Below are positions 27,255-37,031 of a DNA stretch of 64,000 bases, piece after piece. This DNA comes from a virus: the IMG/VR virus record IMGVR_UViG_3300017779_000001; one strand, given 5' to 3'. The notes below the pieces were generated by a model that worked only from the letters and a program-made list of their open reading frames with translations, made no database searches and was not told where the DNA came from. Both the position numbers and the translations under genes were made by a program. How positions within the stretch are numbered: position 1 is the stretch's first letter; each line of letters starts with the position of its first letter.

Positions 27255-28744
27255 TGGCATTTACAGTACAAGTTCCAACATCTTTTGGATGTTCACCCGA
27301 TACGATATTTTCTTTACCAACTAAGGAAGACTTAGTCAATGCACTTAATCAGATTGCACAGATACCAAGTCAACTCAGAGTTGCACTTGTTACTATGGCA
27401 GATGAACTTACAGAAGACTTACGTAATGAGATAAAGGAACTTATAAAGACTATAGAAGATTTTATTGACAAGTTACAAAAACTTCTGAGTCCATATTGGG
27501 AGAAACTCAAGGTCAGGGATTGGCAGAAAGAAATTAATGATGCAATCACTGAACTGATTCAGGAGTTTCATATTTACATACCAAGAAAGATTGCAGAAAT
27601 TATATCAAAGTTAATACCAATAGAATTAGTATTTAAGTTTGCTGGTCTTGCAATAGATATCGTTAGAATTTTTGACCCCACATATCAATCAGAGATAAGA
27701 GCTCAGATACTTGCAAACATTGATAAGTTCTTTTCTGCAATACCCGAAAAGTTTAGGTCGTGGAGAGCTGAGTTTGGTGTATTGTGTGATGAGTGGAAAG
27801 CAAAGGTAACTTGGCAATATATTAAAACAGAGATACAGGGATTTCTAACTAATGGACTACATGGTGTCTTCGGTAAATTGATTGATAAATTTGATAAGAT
27901 ATGGGATGCATTAGGATTACCTTCACTGGTGAAATTATTCACAATGCCTGATATCGGTGCATTGATTGATAATGCAATTCAATCATTCATGGAAAGAAGA
28001 AAAGAGTTACTCAAAAAACTTCAAGACCTCAATCTTGCTGAAGAGGCAAAGAAAGCTATCAGGGAAGAACTAAAAAAAATTAGTGAAAAGATTGATGAAG
28101 TGTTAAACAATTTATCGGTGTTTGGATTTGACATACTATCAATCATCGGTGGTAAGATAAAAACAACTGTACAGTCATTAGAACAAAAGATTATGGAAAT
28201 CAAAATTGCATTTCAAGAATTTTGTCAGAACTGGCAGAAGAAATTGTTATTTGATTGGGTCAAGATTGTCAAGAAGTTTTTCAGTGCAATCGGATTAGGA
28301 AAGTTATTTGATTTATTAACAATTACATTTTGTGATTTCTTAAAACTAATAGGATTCCCACCAACAATTCCAACCATTGTTGGTATCAGTGGTGTAATAA
28401 GTGTACAACAAGTTACACCTAATAATGATAATTCAGATAGAATACAAAAGATTGATTCAGAAACACAAAGTCAATCATCAGATACCATTGTTGATGGAAA
28501 ATTAGTACAGAGATTCATAAGGTTTAATGATGCTGGAAGTGATGAGGGTGTTTCAAGTTTTACTGCAAACGGAGTGACAGATACCTTTGCTATACCATCA
28601 GGTGACGGTACCCTAATGGTCTTCATAGATGGAGAAGAACAAGTTGGACTTCCACTTGTAGGAACATATACAACCAGTTCAGGTAACGTTGTTTTCAATA
28701 GTACACCTGTTTTAGGAAGTAGTGTTTCAATTATCAAAGTTTAG
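27254..28744 (+). CDS. Hypothetical baseplate-associated protein (amphipathic helical repeats plus C-terminal beta domain)
   Basis: TAATG overlap with gp5; 496 aa; C-terminal F.ANG.T..F...VFIDG..Q domain. Confidence 0.65.
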   Translation: MAFTVQVPTSFGCSPDTIFSLPTKEDLVNALNQIAQIPSQLRVALVTMADELTEDLRNEIKELIKTIEDFIDKLQKLLSPYWEKLKVRDWQKEINDAITELIQEFHIYIPRKIAEIISKLIPIELVFKFAGLAIDIVRIFDPTYQSEIRAQILANIDKFFSAIPEKFRSWRAEFGVLCDEWKAKVTWQYIKTEIQGFLTNGLHGVFGKLIDKFDKIWDALGLPSLVKLFTMPDIGALIDNAIQSFMERRKELLKKLQDLNLAEEAKKAIREELKKISEKIDEVLNNLSVFGFDILSIIGGKIKTTVQSLEQKIMEIKIAFQEFCQNWQKKLLFDWVKIVKKFFSAIGLGKLFDLLTITFCDFLKLIGFPPTIPTIVGISGVISVQQVTPNNDNSDRIQKIDSETQSQSSDTIVDGKLVQRFIRFNDAGSDEGVSSFTANGVTDTFAIPSGDGTLMVFIDGEEQVGLPLVGTYTTSSGNVVFNSTPVLGSSVSIIKV

Positions 28745-28746
28745 TG

Positions 28747-28754
28747 TATAAATA
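28747..28754 (+). promoter_or_regulatory. Late promoter TATAAATA (leaderless spacing) for gp25
   Basis: TATAAATA-GTATT-ATG(28760). Confidence 0.8.
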
Positions 28755-28759
28755 GTATT

Positions 28760-29185
28760 ATGGCATATGAAAAAATCAAATCAAGTGGTAAAACAGTAGC
28801 AGAAAAAGTCTATGCAGACTTGGATTTGTTTTTCAGACCACATCCTATTACAGGTGATATATCATTGAAATATGATACCGATGCAATCAAGAGAGCTGTA
28901 CGTAATATTATGATGACTAACTATTATGAGAGACCGTTCAAGCCAGGATTTGGTAGTAATATAAGGGAGATGTTATTTGAATTAGATAACCCTAGATTTC
29001 ATTACAAGTATGCAGAAGATATTAAAAAAACTATTTTAGATTTTGAACCAAGAGTTACAGGAGTAGAAGTAAATTTCGGAGAAGTAACAAGTAGAGGAGA
29101 AGTGGACGTGAAAATATCTTACAAAATTAGACAAACGAATTTAGATAAACAACAATTAACAGTTACTTTAAGTAGGGTAAGATAA
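28760..29185 (+). CDS. gp25: Baseplate wedge subunit gp25
   Basis: Y.DLDL.F..HP.T.D, AIKR.VRN...T...ERPF.P.FGS, FEPRV. Confidence 0.93.
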   Translation: MAYEKIKSSGKTVAEKVYADLDLFFRPHPITGDISLKYDTDAIKRAVRNIMMTNYYERPFKPGFGSNIREMLFELDNPRFHYKYAEDIKKTILDFEPRVTGVEVNFGEVTSRGEVDVKISYKIRQTNLDKQQLTVTLSRVR

Positions 29186-31056
29186 TGGCAAAAGTAAAAA
29201 GTTCAACACTCAACGTTACAGACATAGGTTTCGATGACATATCCGATAACCTCAAAAACTTCCTAAAAGGACAAGATGCATTTAAGGATTATAACTTCGA
29301 AGGTTCTAACCTTGCAACACTGATTGACCTTCTTGCATATTCATCTCATATTTCTGCATTCAATACTAACCTTGCAGCTAGTGAGATGTTTTTAGATTCT
29401 GCACAAATCAGAAAGAATGTAGTATCACGTGCAAAAGATTTAGGTTTCACACCTTCAAGTGTATCAAGTGCAACATCAGTTTTTGATATAGAGTTGGTAG
29501 GAGTCAGGAATGCAGATTCAACCATTCCATCGTCTGCAGCTATGACAATACCTAGAGGACAAAGATTCTCAACTGTTTACAACGGAACAACATACGAGTT
29601 TGTGTGTACTGCATCTGTAACCCCTACTCAGAATGGTACTACTTTCTCGTACCCTAGTATTAATGTAAAACAAGGTGTGTATGTAACTGATACATTTGTT
29701 TATGATTCAACAGAACAGAATCCAAAGTTTGTATTGTCTAATCTTAGAGCAGATGTTATAACACTAGGTGTAAAATTAATCAGTGATGGAAAACCATCAA
29801 ACTATACTAAGGCAGATAATGTATCATCCATCACTACCACTGCAAAGGTTTACTTCACTCAGGAAAACGAAGATGGTTACACAGAATTTTATTTTGGAGA
29901 TGATACACTAGGTGCAAAACCTTTCGATGGTGATATCATTCAGGTCACATATCTTGTAACAGATGTGATACATGCAAACGGTGCTTTAAACTTTGCACTA
30001 GTAGATAACATCAATGGGTTTTCAGATGCATCAATACAAAATGTTACACCTGCTTACGGTGGTGCAGAAAAAGAATCTATCGAATCAATTAAATTTAAAG
30101 CATCTAAATCATATGCATCACAGAACAGATTAGTAACACTTGATGACTACAAATCTAAAGTGTCAGAGTTCTATCCGAATGCAGATGCAATTGCAATATG
30201 GGGTGGTGAAGATAATAACCCACCCGAATATGGTAAGATATTCTTATCATTAAAACCAGTTAACAGTAATTACCTCTCAGAAGCTGAGAAGGCAAATGTA
30301 GTTTCAAAATTGAGAGACCTCAATATGTTAACTGTAAGACCAGTCATCGTAGATGCAAAAGTAATTGACATCGTACTTGATGTTGTTTTCAAATACAATC
30401 CAAGAGAAGCAACAGTTAGTTTGGGTGAACTGGAAAGTGCAGTAGAAACTGCAGTAGAAAATTATGATAGTAACTTCCTAAATGGATTTGATTCTATCTT
30501 TAGGTATTCTAAGTTTTCTAATGCAATAGATATTGCAAACTCATCTATACTATCAAGTATATCAAGAGTCAAATTAAAATACGAACAAATTATTACCAAG
30601 AATAAATCATTAGGTTATACTATTAATTTTGGTAATGGATTATATCATCCTCATGATGGACACAATTCAATGGGTGGTGGTATATTACAAACAACAGGTT
30701 TTAAAATTTCAGGAGATAGTGTAAATACACAGTTCTTTGATGATGATGGTAAAGGTAATTTAAGACGTTACTATCAGTCAGGTGCAAACAGAGTTTATGT
30801 AGACTCTGAGGCAGGAACTGTTAACTATGGTACTGGAGAAATAAAGATTGATGGAATTAACATAACTGATACAAGTAATGCTGATTCTACCATAGCCTTC
30901 ACTATAACACCAGTCAGTAATGACATCGTTTCATCTAGAGGTCAATTAATTGACATCAAGTTGAGTAACACAACGGTTAAAGGTGAGGCAGACACCATCG
31001 CAAGTGGTGAATCGAGTGCTGGAGTTGGATTTAGTTCAACCCCAACATACTCATAA
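29185..31056 (+). CDS. gp6: Baseplate wedge subunit gp6
   Basis: F.DYNFEGS.L..L.DLLAY, E.FLDSA..R..VVS.AK.LG, FGD...G, Q.RLVT..DY, WGGE.N.PP.YG. Confidence 0.95.
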   Translation: MAKVKSSTLNVTDIGFDDISDNLKNFLKGQDAFKDYNFEGSNLATLIDLLAYSSHISAFNTNLAASEMFLDSAQIRKNVVSRAKDLGFTPSSVSSATSVFDIELVGVRNADSTIPSSAAMTIPRGQRFSTVYNGTTYEFVCTASVTPTQNGTTFSYPSINVKQGVYVTDTFVYDSTEQNPKFVLSNLRADVITLGVKLISDGKPSNYTKADNVSSITTTAKVYFTQENEDGYTEFYFGDDTLGAKPFDGDIIQVTYLVTDVIHANGALNFALVDNINGFSDASIQNVTPAYGGAEKESIESIKFKASKSYASQNRLVTLDDYKSKVSEFYPNADAIAIWGGEDNNPPEYGKIFLSLKPVNSNYLSEAEKANVVSKLRDLNMLTVRPVIVDAKVIDIVLDVVFKYNPREATVSLGELESAVETAVENYDSNFLNGFDSIFRYSKFSNAIDIANSSILSSISRVKLKYEQIITKNKSLGYTINFGNGLYHPHDGHNSMGGGILQTTGFKISGDSVNTQFFDDDGKGNLRRYYQSGANRVYVDSEAGTVNYGTGEIKIDGINITDTSNADSTIAFTITPVSNDIVSSRGQLIDIKLSNTTVKGEADTIASGESSAGVGFSSTPTYS

Positions 31057-31127
31057 TGATGAAAAACGTGACGCGAGTCCCGCGAGTAGTTTCCCGTTAA
31101 CTCGGATTATATTTTTAGGAGAAAAAA

Positions 31128-31613
31128 ATGGCAGATAAAAAAATAACAGCATTGTCACCAATTGCTTCAACAGAAGTTCAATCGGATGACCTATTGCACA
31201 TCGTAGATAACCCCGGCGGTACACCAGTAAACAAAAAAATGTCACTGGCAACTTTGTTCCAAAACATCCCAAGTACTATAGCTTGTGATTCAATTGAAAC
31301 AGAAACAACTGCACAAACTAATTTGGGTAGTAATGACACATTAGTAACTAAGATTGATATCTCAGGTTCTAACACAGACATTGCATACACATTGGATAAT
31401 GGTAACCATGTCGGACAGTTAAAAATTATTATCATGACAACAGACCCAGGCGATGCAGCTGCAGACGCAAACATCACAGTAACTAGTTGGGGTTCATCCT
31501 CAGCATCTTCAAACCAAATCATCTTAGATGGTAAAGGTGAGTCAGTTATTTGTTTATGGGATGGTTCTGCATGGTATTCAATTGCTGAATCTGGCGGTGC
31601 GACAGTAGCTTAG
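31128..31613 (+). CDS. Virion structural protein
   Basis: MADKKITAL...DDLLHIVD...NKK N-terminal motif; L.NG...GQ.K.I...WDGS.W C-terminal domain; AGGAG SD. Confidence 0.7.
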   Translation: MADKKITALSPIASTEVQSDDLLHIVDNPGGTPVNKKMSLATLFQNIPSTIACDSIETETTAQTNLGSNDTLVTKIDISGSNTDIAYTLDNGNHVGQLKIIIMTTDPGDAAADANITVTSWGSSSASSNQIILDGKGESVICLWDGSAWYSIAESGGATVA

Positions 31614-31626
31614 TAGGTAACTATTA

Positions 31627-34600
31627 ATGAAAACATATAAGACGGTACACAATTTATCGGATAGATTAGTAAATCTCTTACCCGATTACGTAAGGGACGA
31701 ATCACCCGAATTTGTTGCTTTCTTAGATGCATATTTTGATTTTCTAGAGTCGGACATTCTGACTCTAGAATCTCAAGGTGAACTTCAAACCTTAGGGTTA
31801 GAAGATGGTGGTGGAAGTATCATTCAAGAAACTGAAACTGCTAAACCAACCCCTATGGTGGACAATAAGTTCACTGTATGGGACGGTGCTAATCTCGACT
31901 TATCTAATACTCAACCTTTTGAAGTCGGTGAGTATCTTGTTGGTAAGACATCGGGTGCATTAGCAAAGATAAAAGTAATCAATGATAAGGTCATGTATCT
32001 AGACATGATTACTGATTACAATTTTAGAGAGGGTGAACAAGTCCTCGGAAGAACCAGTAATCAAACTGGTAAAGTAAAAACACATAGACAGAATTCTATA
32101 CTTGCAAATAACAAGTTATTAGATTATTCTGATATCGACAGAACAACAGAAGAGTTTCTTGCATATTTCCAAAAAGACTTCATGCCTTCGATTGATTTCT
32201 TGATTGAGGCAGACAAGAAACTTATTATAAAACATATTAAAGATTTATACAAGACTAAGGGTACAAAAGAATCCCTAGAGTTCTTGTTCAGAATTCTTTA
32301 CAAAGAGAATGCAGAAGTTGTGTATCCTATTGATAACACACTGCATGTATCAGACTCAGGTTGGAAACAAAAGAACTTTATACAAGTTAGAATGGATGAA
32401 CCTAGATTTCAACCACCATCACATGGTAAAATTGTACAAAAGGATTCACTAGGTAATAAGGTTGCAGAAGCTGTAATCGAAGGTGTATTCTTTGACCCCA
32501 ACTCTGAGATTAATTACAAAGTACAAATATCAGATTTTCACTTTGGTGAGTTTACAGTAGATGGTTTGATAGAAGTTGAAAACCGTAAAACTAAAGAAAT
32601 ACAAACAGGAATACTTAGAGGTGTAATATCAGGTACAACTACAGATGTAGGTTATTCTAATACATTTATACTTGAAGATAACTCAGGGGATTTGTTATTA
32701 GAAGATGGAACAGGGTTCATTAATGAAGATGACACTCCAACACTTGGTTCACTTTATACATTAACTGATAATGTAATTTTTGAATCAGGTAAAGGTGATG
32801 ACGCAACTGATGCTACAGGTCAAGTGGATGGTTTGACATCAGGGTCTGTTACAGAAGTTTATGTATCCGAACAGGGTAGTGGATTTAAGGATGGTGACTT
32901 AGTTATATTTGATAACTCAGGAACTGGTGGTTCAGGTGCATTAGGTAGAATCGAAGCTGTAGGTGACATTATGTTATCTGAATCAGGTGTACACTTTGGA
33001 CACTTCGAATATACTGCAACGTCAGGACAAACAGTGGTATCAGGATTAGATGATAACAATCTATTCATGGCATTCGATGAAAACACTGTAAGAATTGATG
33101 TTAATGGTATAACCAAAACAACAGGGTTCACCATAAATGACAATCTTGATACAATAACATTTACCACTGCATTGAATGGTGGAGATTTTGTAGAAGTATT
33201 TGGACAGTTTAATAGTATACTTGCTGAAGACGGAACACCACTAACATATGATAGTGTAGACGGACTATCTGCACCCACAGGAATTAGAAAAGTAACTATA
33301 CTCAATCAGGGTGCTGGGTACAACTCATTACCAATCGCTGCACCTGGCGGTTACATTTATATGAGTGCAACACACTTATCAGGATTCCAAGTAGGTGAAA
33401 CAATTACAGGAGCAGGTGGTGGAACTAGTAAAATCGTCTACATTGATAATGACAGGAATAGATTAGAAGTTCAAAGAAGACCTGAGGATTCAGGGTCATT
33501 TAACACCAACGAAACAATCACAGGTTTACAGTCTACTGCAACAGGTACAATAACACAACACAATGTACCATCAGGAACTAATGCAAAAATTCTTACTTAC
33601 TCAACAACTATAGGTGGGGTTGGTTCACTTCGAATGACAGAAGTGGGTAATAAGTATAACACACATGGTACAATAAAGTCAAGTAGTACTTTCCCAATGT
33701 TAATTACAGTACCATCAAATGTACTTGCACGTGGAACTACCATTACAGGTAATACAACAGGTGCAACAGGTATTGTTATAGATTACAATACAACAACAAG
33801 TGTTTTAAAATTTAAAGACCTCACAGGTTATTTCAAAGAAGGAGAACAACTAAACTATAGTGGTGGAACTTCTAAGGTTGCAAAGTTCAATCCTATTAGA
33901 GCAATGGGTAACTTTGTCGGTGAGGCAATAGAAGATGGAAACTTTGCAAATGACTACGGTTACCTAGATGCATCTGCAATGAACATCTTTGATAGTAAGT
34001 ATTATCAAACACATTCATATGTAATCAAGGTTGGTGAATCTATCAACAAATGGAGGTCTATTGTTAAGAACCTCATTCACCCAGCAGGACATATATTCTT
34101 TGGTGAGGTTGCAATTAGAACAAACGTTAATGCAACTGCAGATGTATATAACAGGACATTCGATAGTACTGAAACAACAAGAGCATTTATACCTACACTT
34201 ATTATTGGTTCAAAAGTAGATTCAATAGATTTACTATGGGAAGATGAAACATGGAATACAGAAGATGACAATGCAGTTAATAATTATTATCCTGTAGAAC
34301 TTGAAGATTCATTAGACGGTAAACTAAAAGCTGAAAGGTATATCAACGGTGTTGTTTATGACAGTGAAAATGATACAAATGTAACAGGTATCATTGACCA
34401 AATAACAGGTCAAGGATATGTCATAGGTACAGAGATTTCTGAAAGTGATGATAGTTTTGTTTCTAGGGTATTAGAAGTAGAAGCTAAGATTAACTCAACA
34501 CACAAAGTGTTTGTCATCATGGAGACTAGAGAAGACGAACTCAATGATGATGTAATAGTATTAAGAGAAGCAGGTATACCGAGTGCAACTACAGACCCAA

Positions 34601-35496
34601 GAACAGGTAGTGCAATCAAACCAACAACTTATGATATTGTAAGTGTATCAAACCCAGCAGGTGCAAAATCAGGTGCATTTACTGAGGTTGGTGATAGTTC
34701 ACATAGAGCAAGACACTTAAACTTGTTTGTCATCAATTCATTTGCATCATCGTTTACACAAGTAGGATTGAGACAAGAGGGTGGTATATCGGGTGACATT
34801 GCAAAGACATCATTATCACTTGATTTCAATAACAATGAATATCAAACAAGAGAAGACTTAATCACAGGTGGTAGTTTTAGACCATCAGACAAGGGTAAGG
34901 TTATTCAGTTTGATTCATATGCAGAAGAGTTTTTAATAATGGAAGATGGTTTTAAACTGATTCAAGAACCTGTAGATAACTTCTTGGTACAAGAACCACC
35001 ATCAAATGAATTCCAACAAGACCATGTAGACGATGAACAATCATATCCTAATCAATCACATGACCAACATGATGGTGATGGATTACTATTTGAAACTGCA
35101 ACAATCAATACCGATGGAGTTAATATCGGTAATGATAAATGGATATTAGAAGATGCAACACTAACAGTCAGGGATGATTACTTTATCACTGAAAGAAGTT
35201 TAGGTGTATCATCTACAGTTTCAAGTGCAAGATTAGGCCCTACTTTACGAAGTATAAATATAATATCAAATCAAAGAGCATTTGACATAGCATATTATAT
35301 CCATCATTACGGAGATGACGATGGAATATTATTAGAAAATGAAGGTGGAAAGGTTATGGATGAGAGAAGTAATCTCGAAGGACTTAGAGTCCGAGACTTA
35401 AATGATTACTATTCTTCCTTCTTAGTACCCGATTTTGAGCAAAAAGCAAACAGAAAATCAAATATTACACTTTCTTCCTATGTTAGCTCAGGTTGA
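31627..35496 (+). CDS. gp7: Baseplate wedge initiator gp7-like protein
   Basis: FV.FL.AY..FLE, IK.IK.LY..KGT..S..FLFRIL, DS.YYQ..SYVIK, W...VK...HPAG..FGE; lies between gp6 and gp8. Confidence 0.8.
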   Translation: MKTYKTVHNLSDRLVNLLPDYVRDESPEFVAFLDAYFDFLESDILTLESQGELQTLGLEDGGGSIIQETETAKPTPMVDNKFTVWDGANLDLSNTQPFEVGEYLVGKTSGALAKIKVINDKVMYLDMITDYNFREGEQVLGRTSNQTGKVKTHRQNSILANNKLLDYSDIDRTTEEFLAYFQKDFMPSIDFLIEADKKLIIKHIKDLYKTKGTKESLEFLFRILYKENAEVVYPIDNTLHVSDSGWKQKNFIQVRMDEPRFQPPSHGKIVQKDSLGNKVAEAVIEGVFFDPNSEINYKVQISDFHFGEFTVDGLIEVENRKTKEIQTGILRGVISGTTTDVGYSNTFILEDNSGDLLLEDGTGFINEDDTPTLGSLYTLTDNVIFESGKGDDATDATGQVDGLTSGSVTEVYVSEQGSGFKDGDLVIFDNSGTGGSGALGRIEAVGDIMLSESGVHFGHFEYTATSGQTVVSGLDDNNLFMAFDENTVRIDVNGITKTTGFTINDNLDTITFTTALNGGDFVEVFGQFNSILAEDGTPLTYDSVDGLSAPTGIRKVTILNQGAGYNSLPIAAPGGYIYMSATHLSGFQVGETITGAGGGTSKIVYIDNDRNRLEVQRRPEDSGSFNTNETITGLQSTATGTITQHNVPSGTNAKILTYSTTIGGVGSLRMTEVGNKYNTHGTIKSSSTFPMLITVPSNVLARGTTITGNTTGATGIVIDYNTTTSVLKFKDLTGYFKEGEQLNYSGGTSKVAKFNPIRAMGNFVGEAIEDGNFANDYGYLDASAMNIFDSKYYQTHSYVIKVGESINKWRSIVKNLIHPAGHIFFGEVAIRTNVNATADVYNRTFDSTETTRAFIPTLIIGSKVDSIDLLWEDETWNTEDDNAVNNYYPVELEDSLDGKLKAERYINGVVYDSENDTNVTGIIDQITGQGYVIGTEISESDDSFVSRVLEVEAKINSTHKVFVIMETREDELNDDVIVLREAGIPSATTDPRTGSAIKPTTYDIVSVSNPAGAKSGAFTEVGDSSHRARHLNLFVINSFASSFTQVGLRQEGGISGDIAKTSLSLDFNNNEYQTREDLITGGSFRPSDKGKVIQFDSYAEEFLIMEDGFKLIQEPVDNFLVQEPPSNEFQQDHVDDEQSYPNQSHDQHDGDGLLFETATINTDGVNIGNDKWILEDATLTVRDDYFITERSLGVSSTVSSARLGPTLRSINIISNQRAFDIAYYIHHYGDDDGILLENEGGKVMDERSNLEGLRVRDLNDYYSSFLVPDFEQKANRKSNITLSSYVSSG

Positions 35497-35499
35497 TTG

Positions 35500-35507
35500 T
35501 ATAAATA
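35500..35507 (+). promoter_or_regulatory. Late promoter TATAAATA for gp8
   Basis: Exact T4 late consensus in the intergenic gap. Confidence 0.8.
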
Positions 35508-35534
35508 GTTTATATCAATTGGAGATTTTAAAAA

Positions 35535-36989
35535 ATGGCAGCTATAATTACAGAAAAGTTTAGGATTAATAATGCTAAACAATTTAAAGAAGATTTTGGG
35601 GAAGCAGGTTCCTCAACATACCTCTTTATAGGACGACCTTATCTTTGGGGAACAGATGATACTGTAGAAACCCCAATCAATGCGATTGGAGATGAGATTG
35701 ATGCTTATGAAGATATGGTTTCACTTAAAAAAGTGAACACTGCAGACGTATCACACGGTCTTGCAAGAAGAGATTGGACATCAGGTACAATCTATGACGA
35801 ATATGCACACGATTATTCATCATCAAACACAGCTCCTTCAGGTGCAACAGGTTTGTATGATTCAAAATTCTATGTTATCACAGATGAATACAATGTATAC
35901 AAGTGTATTAGAACTGGAAGAAACACTTCAGGTACTGCAGTTGCATCAACTGTAAAACCAACAGGTGTTGACCCCGACAACCTAGTAGCAACAACAGATA
36001 CTGGTGCTGGTTCAGGTAGAGGATACCTTTGGAAATACATATACACTGTAAGTGCATCAGATGTTATCAAATTCGTAACAAACGATTTTATCCCAGTTAA
36101 AACATTGGGAGCTCAAACAGAAGTAAACGGAGAGACAGGACTCGGTTCAGCTGCCGGTGACGATGGTTCTGCTCAATGGGATGTTGAAAACAACGCAGAC
36201 GATGGTGAAGTACTACACGTCAGAGTCACTAATGGTGGTTCAGGTTACACTAATGGTACATACACAAGTGTTCCTATCAAAGGAGATGGTTCAAGTGGTA
36301 CATGTACAGTTGTTGTAGCTTCAAATGCAATCAAATACGTCACAATAACAAACGAAGGAAGTGGTTACAGAAGAGCATCAATTAATATCGGTGATATCTC
36401 AGGTATCGGTTCAGGTTCAGGTGGTTCATTAACACCAATCATATCTCCAATTTATGGTCATGGTGCAGACCCAGTTTCTGAACTAGGTGGAAACTATGTA
36501 ATCGTCAACTCTAGATTAGAGTTTGCAGAAGGTGAGGGAGATTTCCCAACAGACAACGATTTTAGAAGAATCGGATTAGTTAAAGACCCATTCGAAGATG
36601 GAACAACAACAGTTGCAACTGCACCTACACTAGCTGCATACGATAAGATAACACTATCGAGTGTATCAGGTCTTGCAATTGACGACATCATTAGAAATGC
36701 ATCATCAGATGGTGCTGGTGTTGCAAACGGAAGAGTCGTATCAATCGACACAACAAATAAAATAGTATCTTACTTGAAAGTTGCAAATAATGATAATACA
36801 TATCATGCATTCTCAAGTACAAATACAGTGTTTGTCGGTTCAGGTACAATTGGTACAGTATCGGCAGTTGATGAAAACTATCCCGAAGTTGAAAGACATT
36901 CAGGTAATGTTACCTACATTGAAAACAGGGGTGCAGTATCAAGAGCTGCAGACCAAATAGAAGACATTAAACTCATTATTGAGATGTAA
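35535..36989 (+). CDS. gp8: Baseplate wedge subunit gp8
   Basis: MAAIITEKFR..NA..F, YLFIGRP..W, R.DW.SG..YD, YNVYKC, WKY.Y, FRRIGL..DP, Q.EDIK. Confidence 0.92.
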   Translation: MAAIITEKFRINNAKQFKEDFGEAGSSTYLFIGRPYLWGTDDTVETPINAIGDEIDAYEDMVSLKKVNTADVSHGLARRDWTSGTIYDEYAHDYSSSNTAPSGATGLYDSKFYVITDEYNVYKCIRTGRNTSGTAVASTVKPTGVDPDNLVATTDTGAGSGRGYLWKYIYTVSASDVIKFVTNDFIPVKTLGAQTEVNGETGLGSAAGDDGSAQWDVENNADDGEVLHVRVTNGGSGYTNGTYTSVPIKGDGSSGTCTVVVASNAIKYVTITNEGSGYRRASINIGDISGIGSGSGGSLTPIISPIYGHGADPVSELGGNYVIVNSRLEFAEGEGDFPTDNDFRRIGLVKDPFEDGTTTVATAPTLAAYDKITLSSVSGLAIDDIIRNASSDGAGVANGRVVSIDTTNKIVSYLKVANNDNTYHAFSSTNTVFVGSGTIGTVSAVDENYPEVERHSGNVTYIENRGAVSRAADQIEDIKLIIEM

Positions 36990-37031
36990 TCAAGTTCTTA
37001 GAACTTTAAACTAAAATATTGGTAGAAATTT

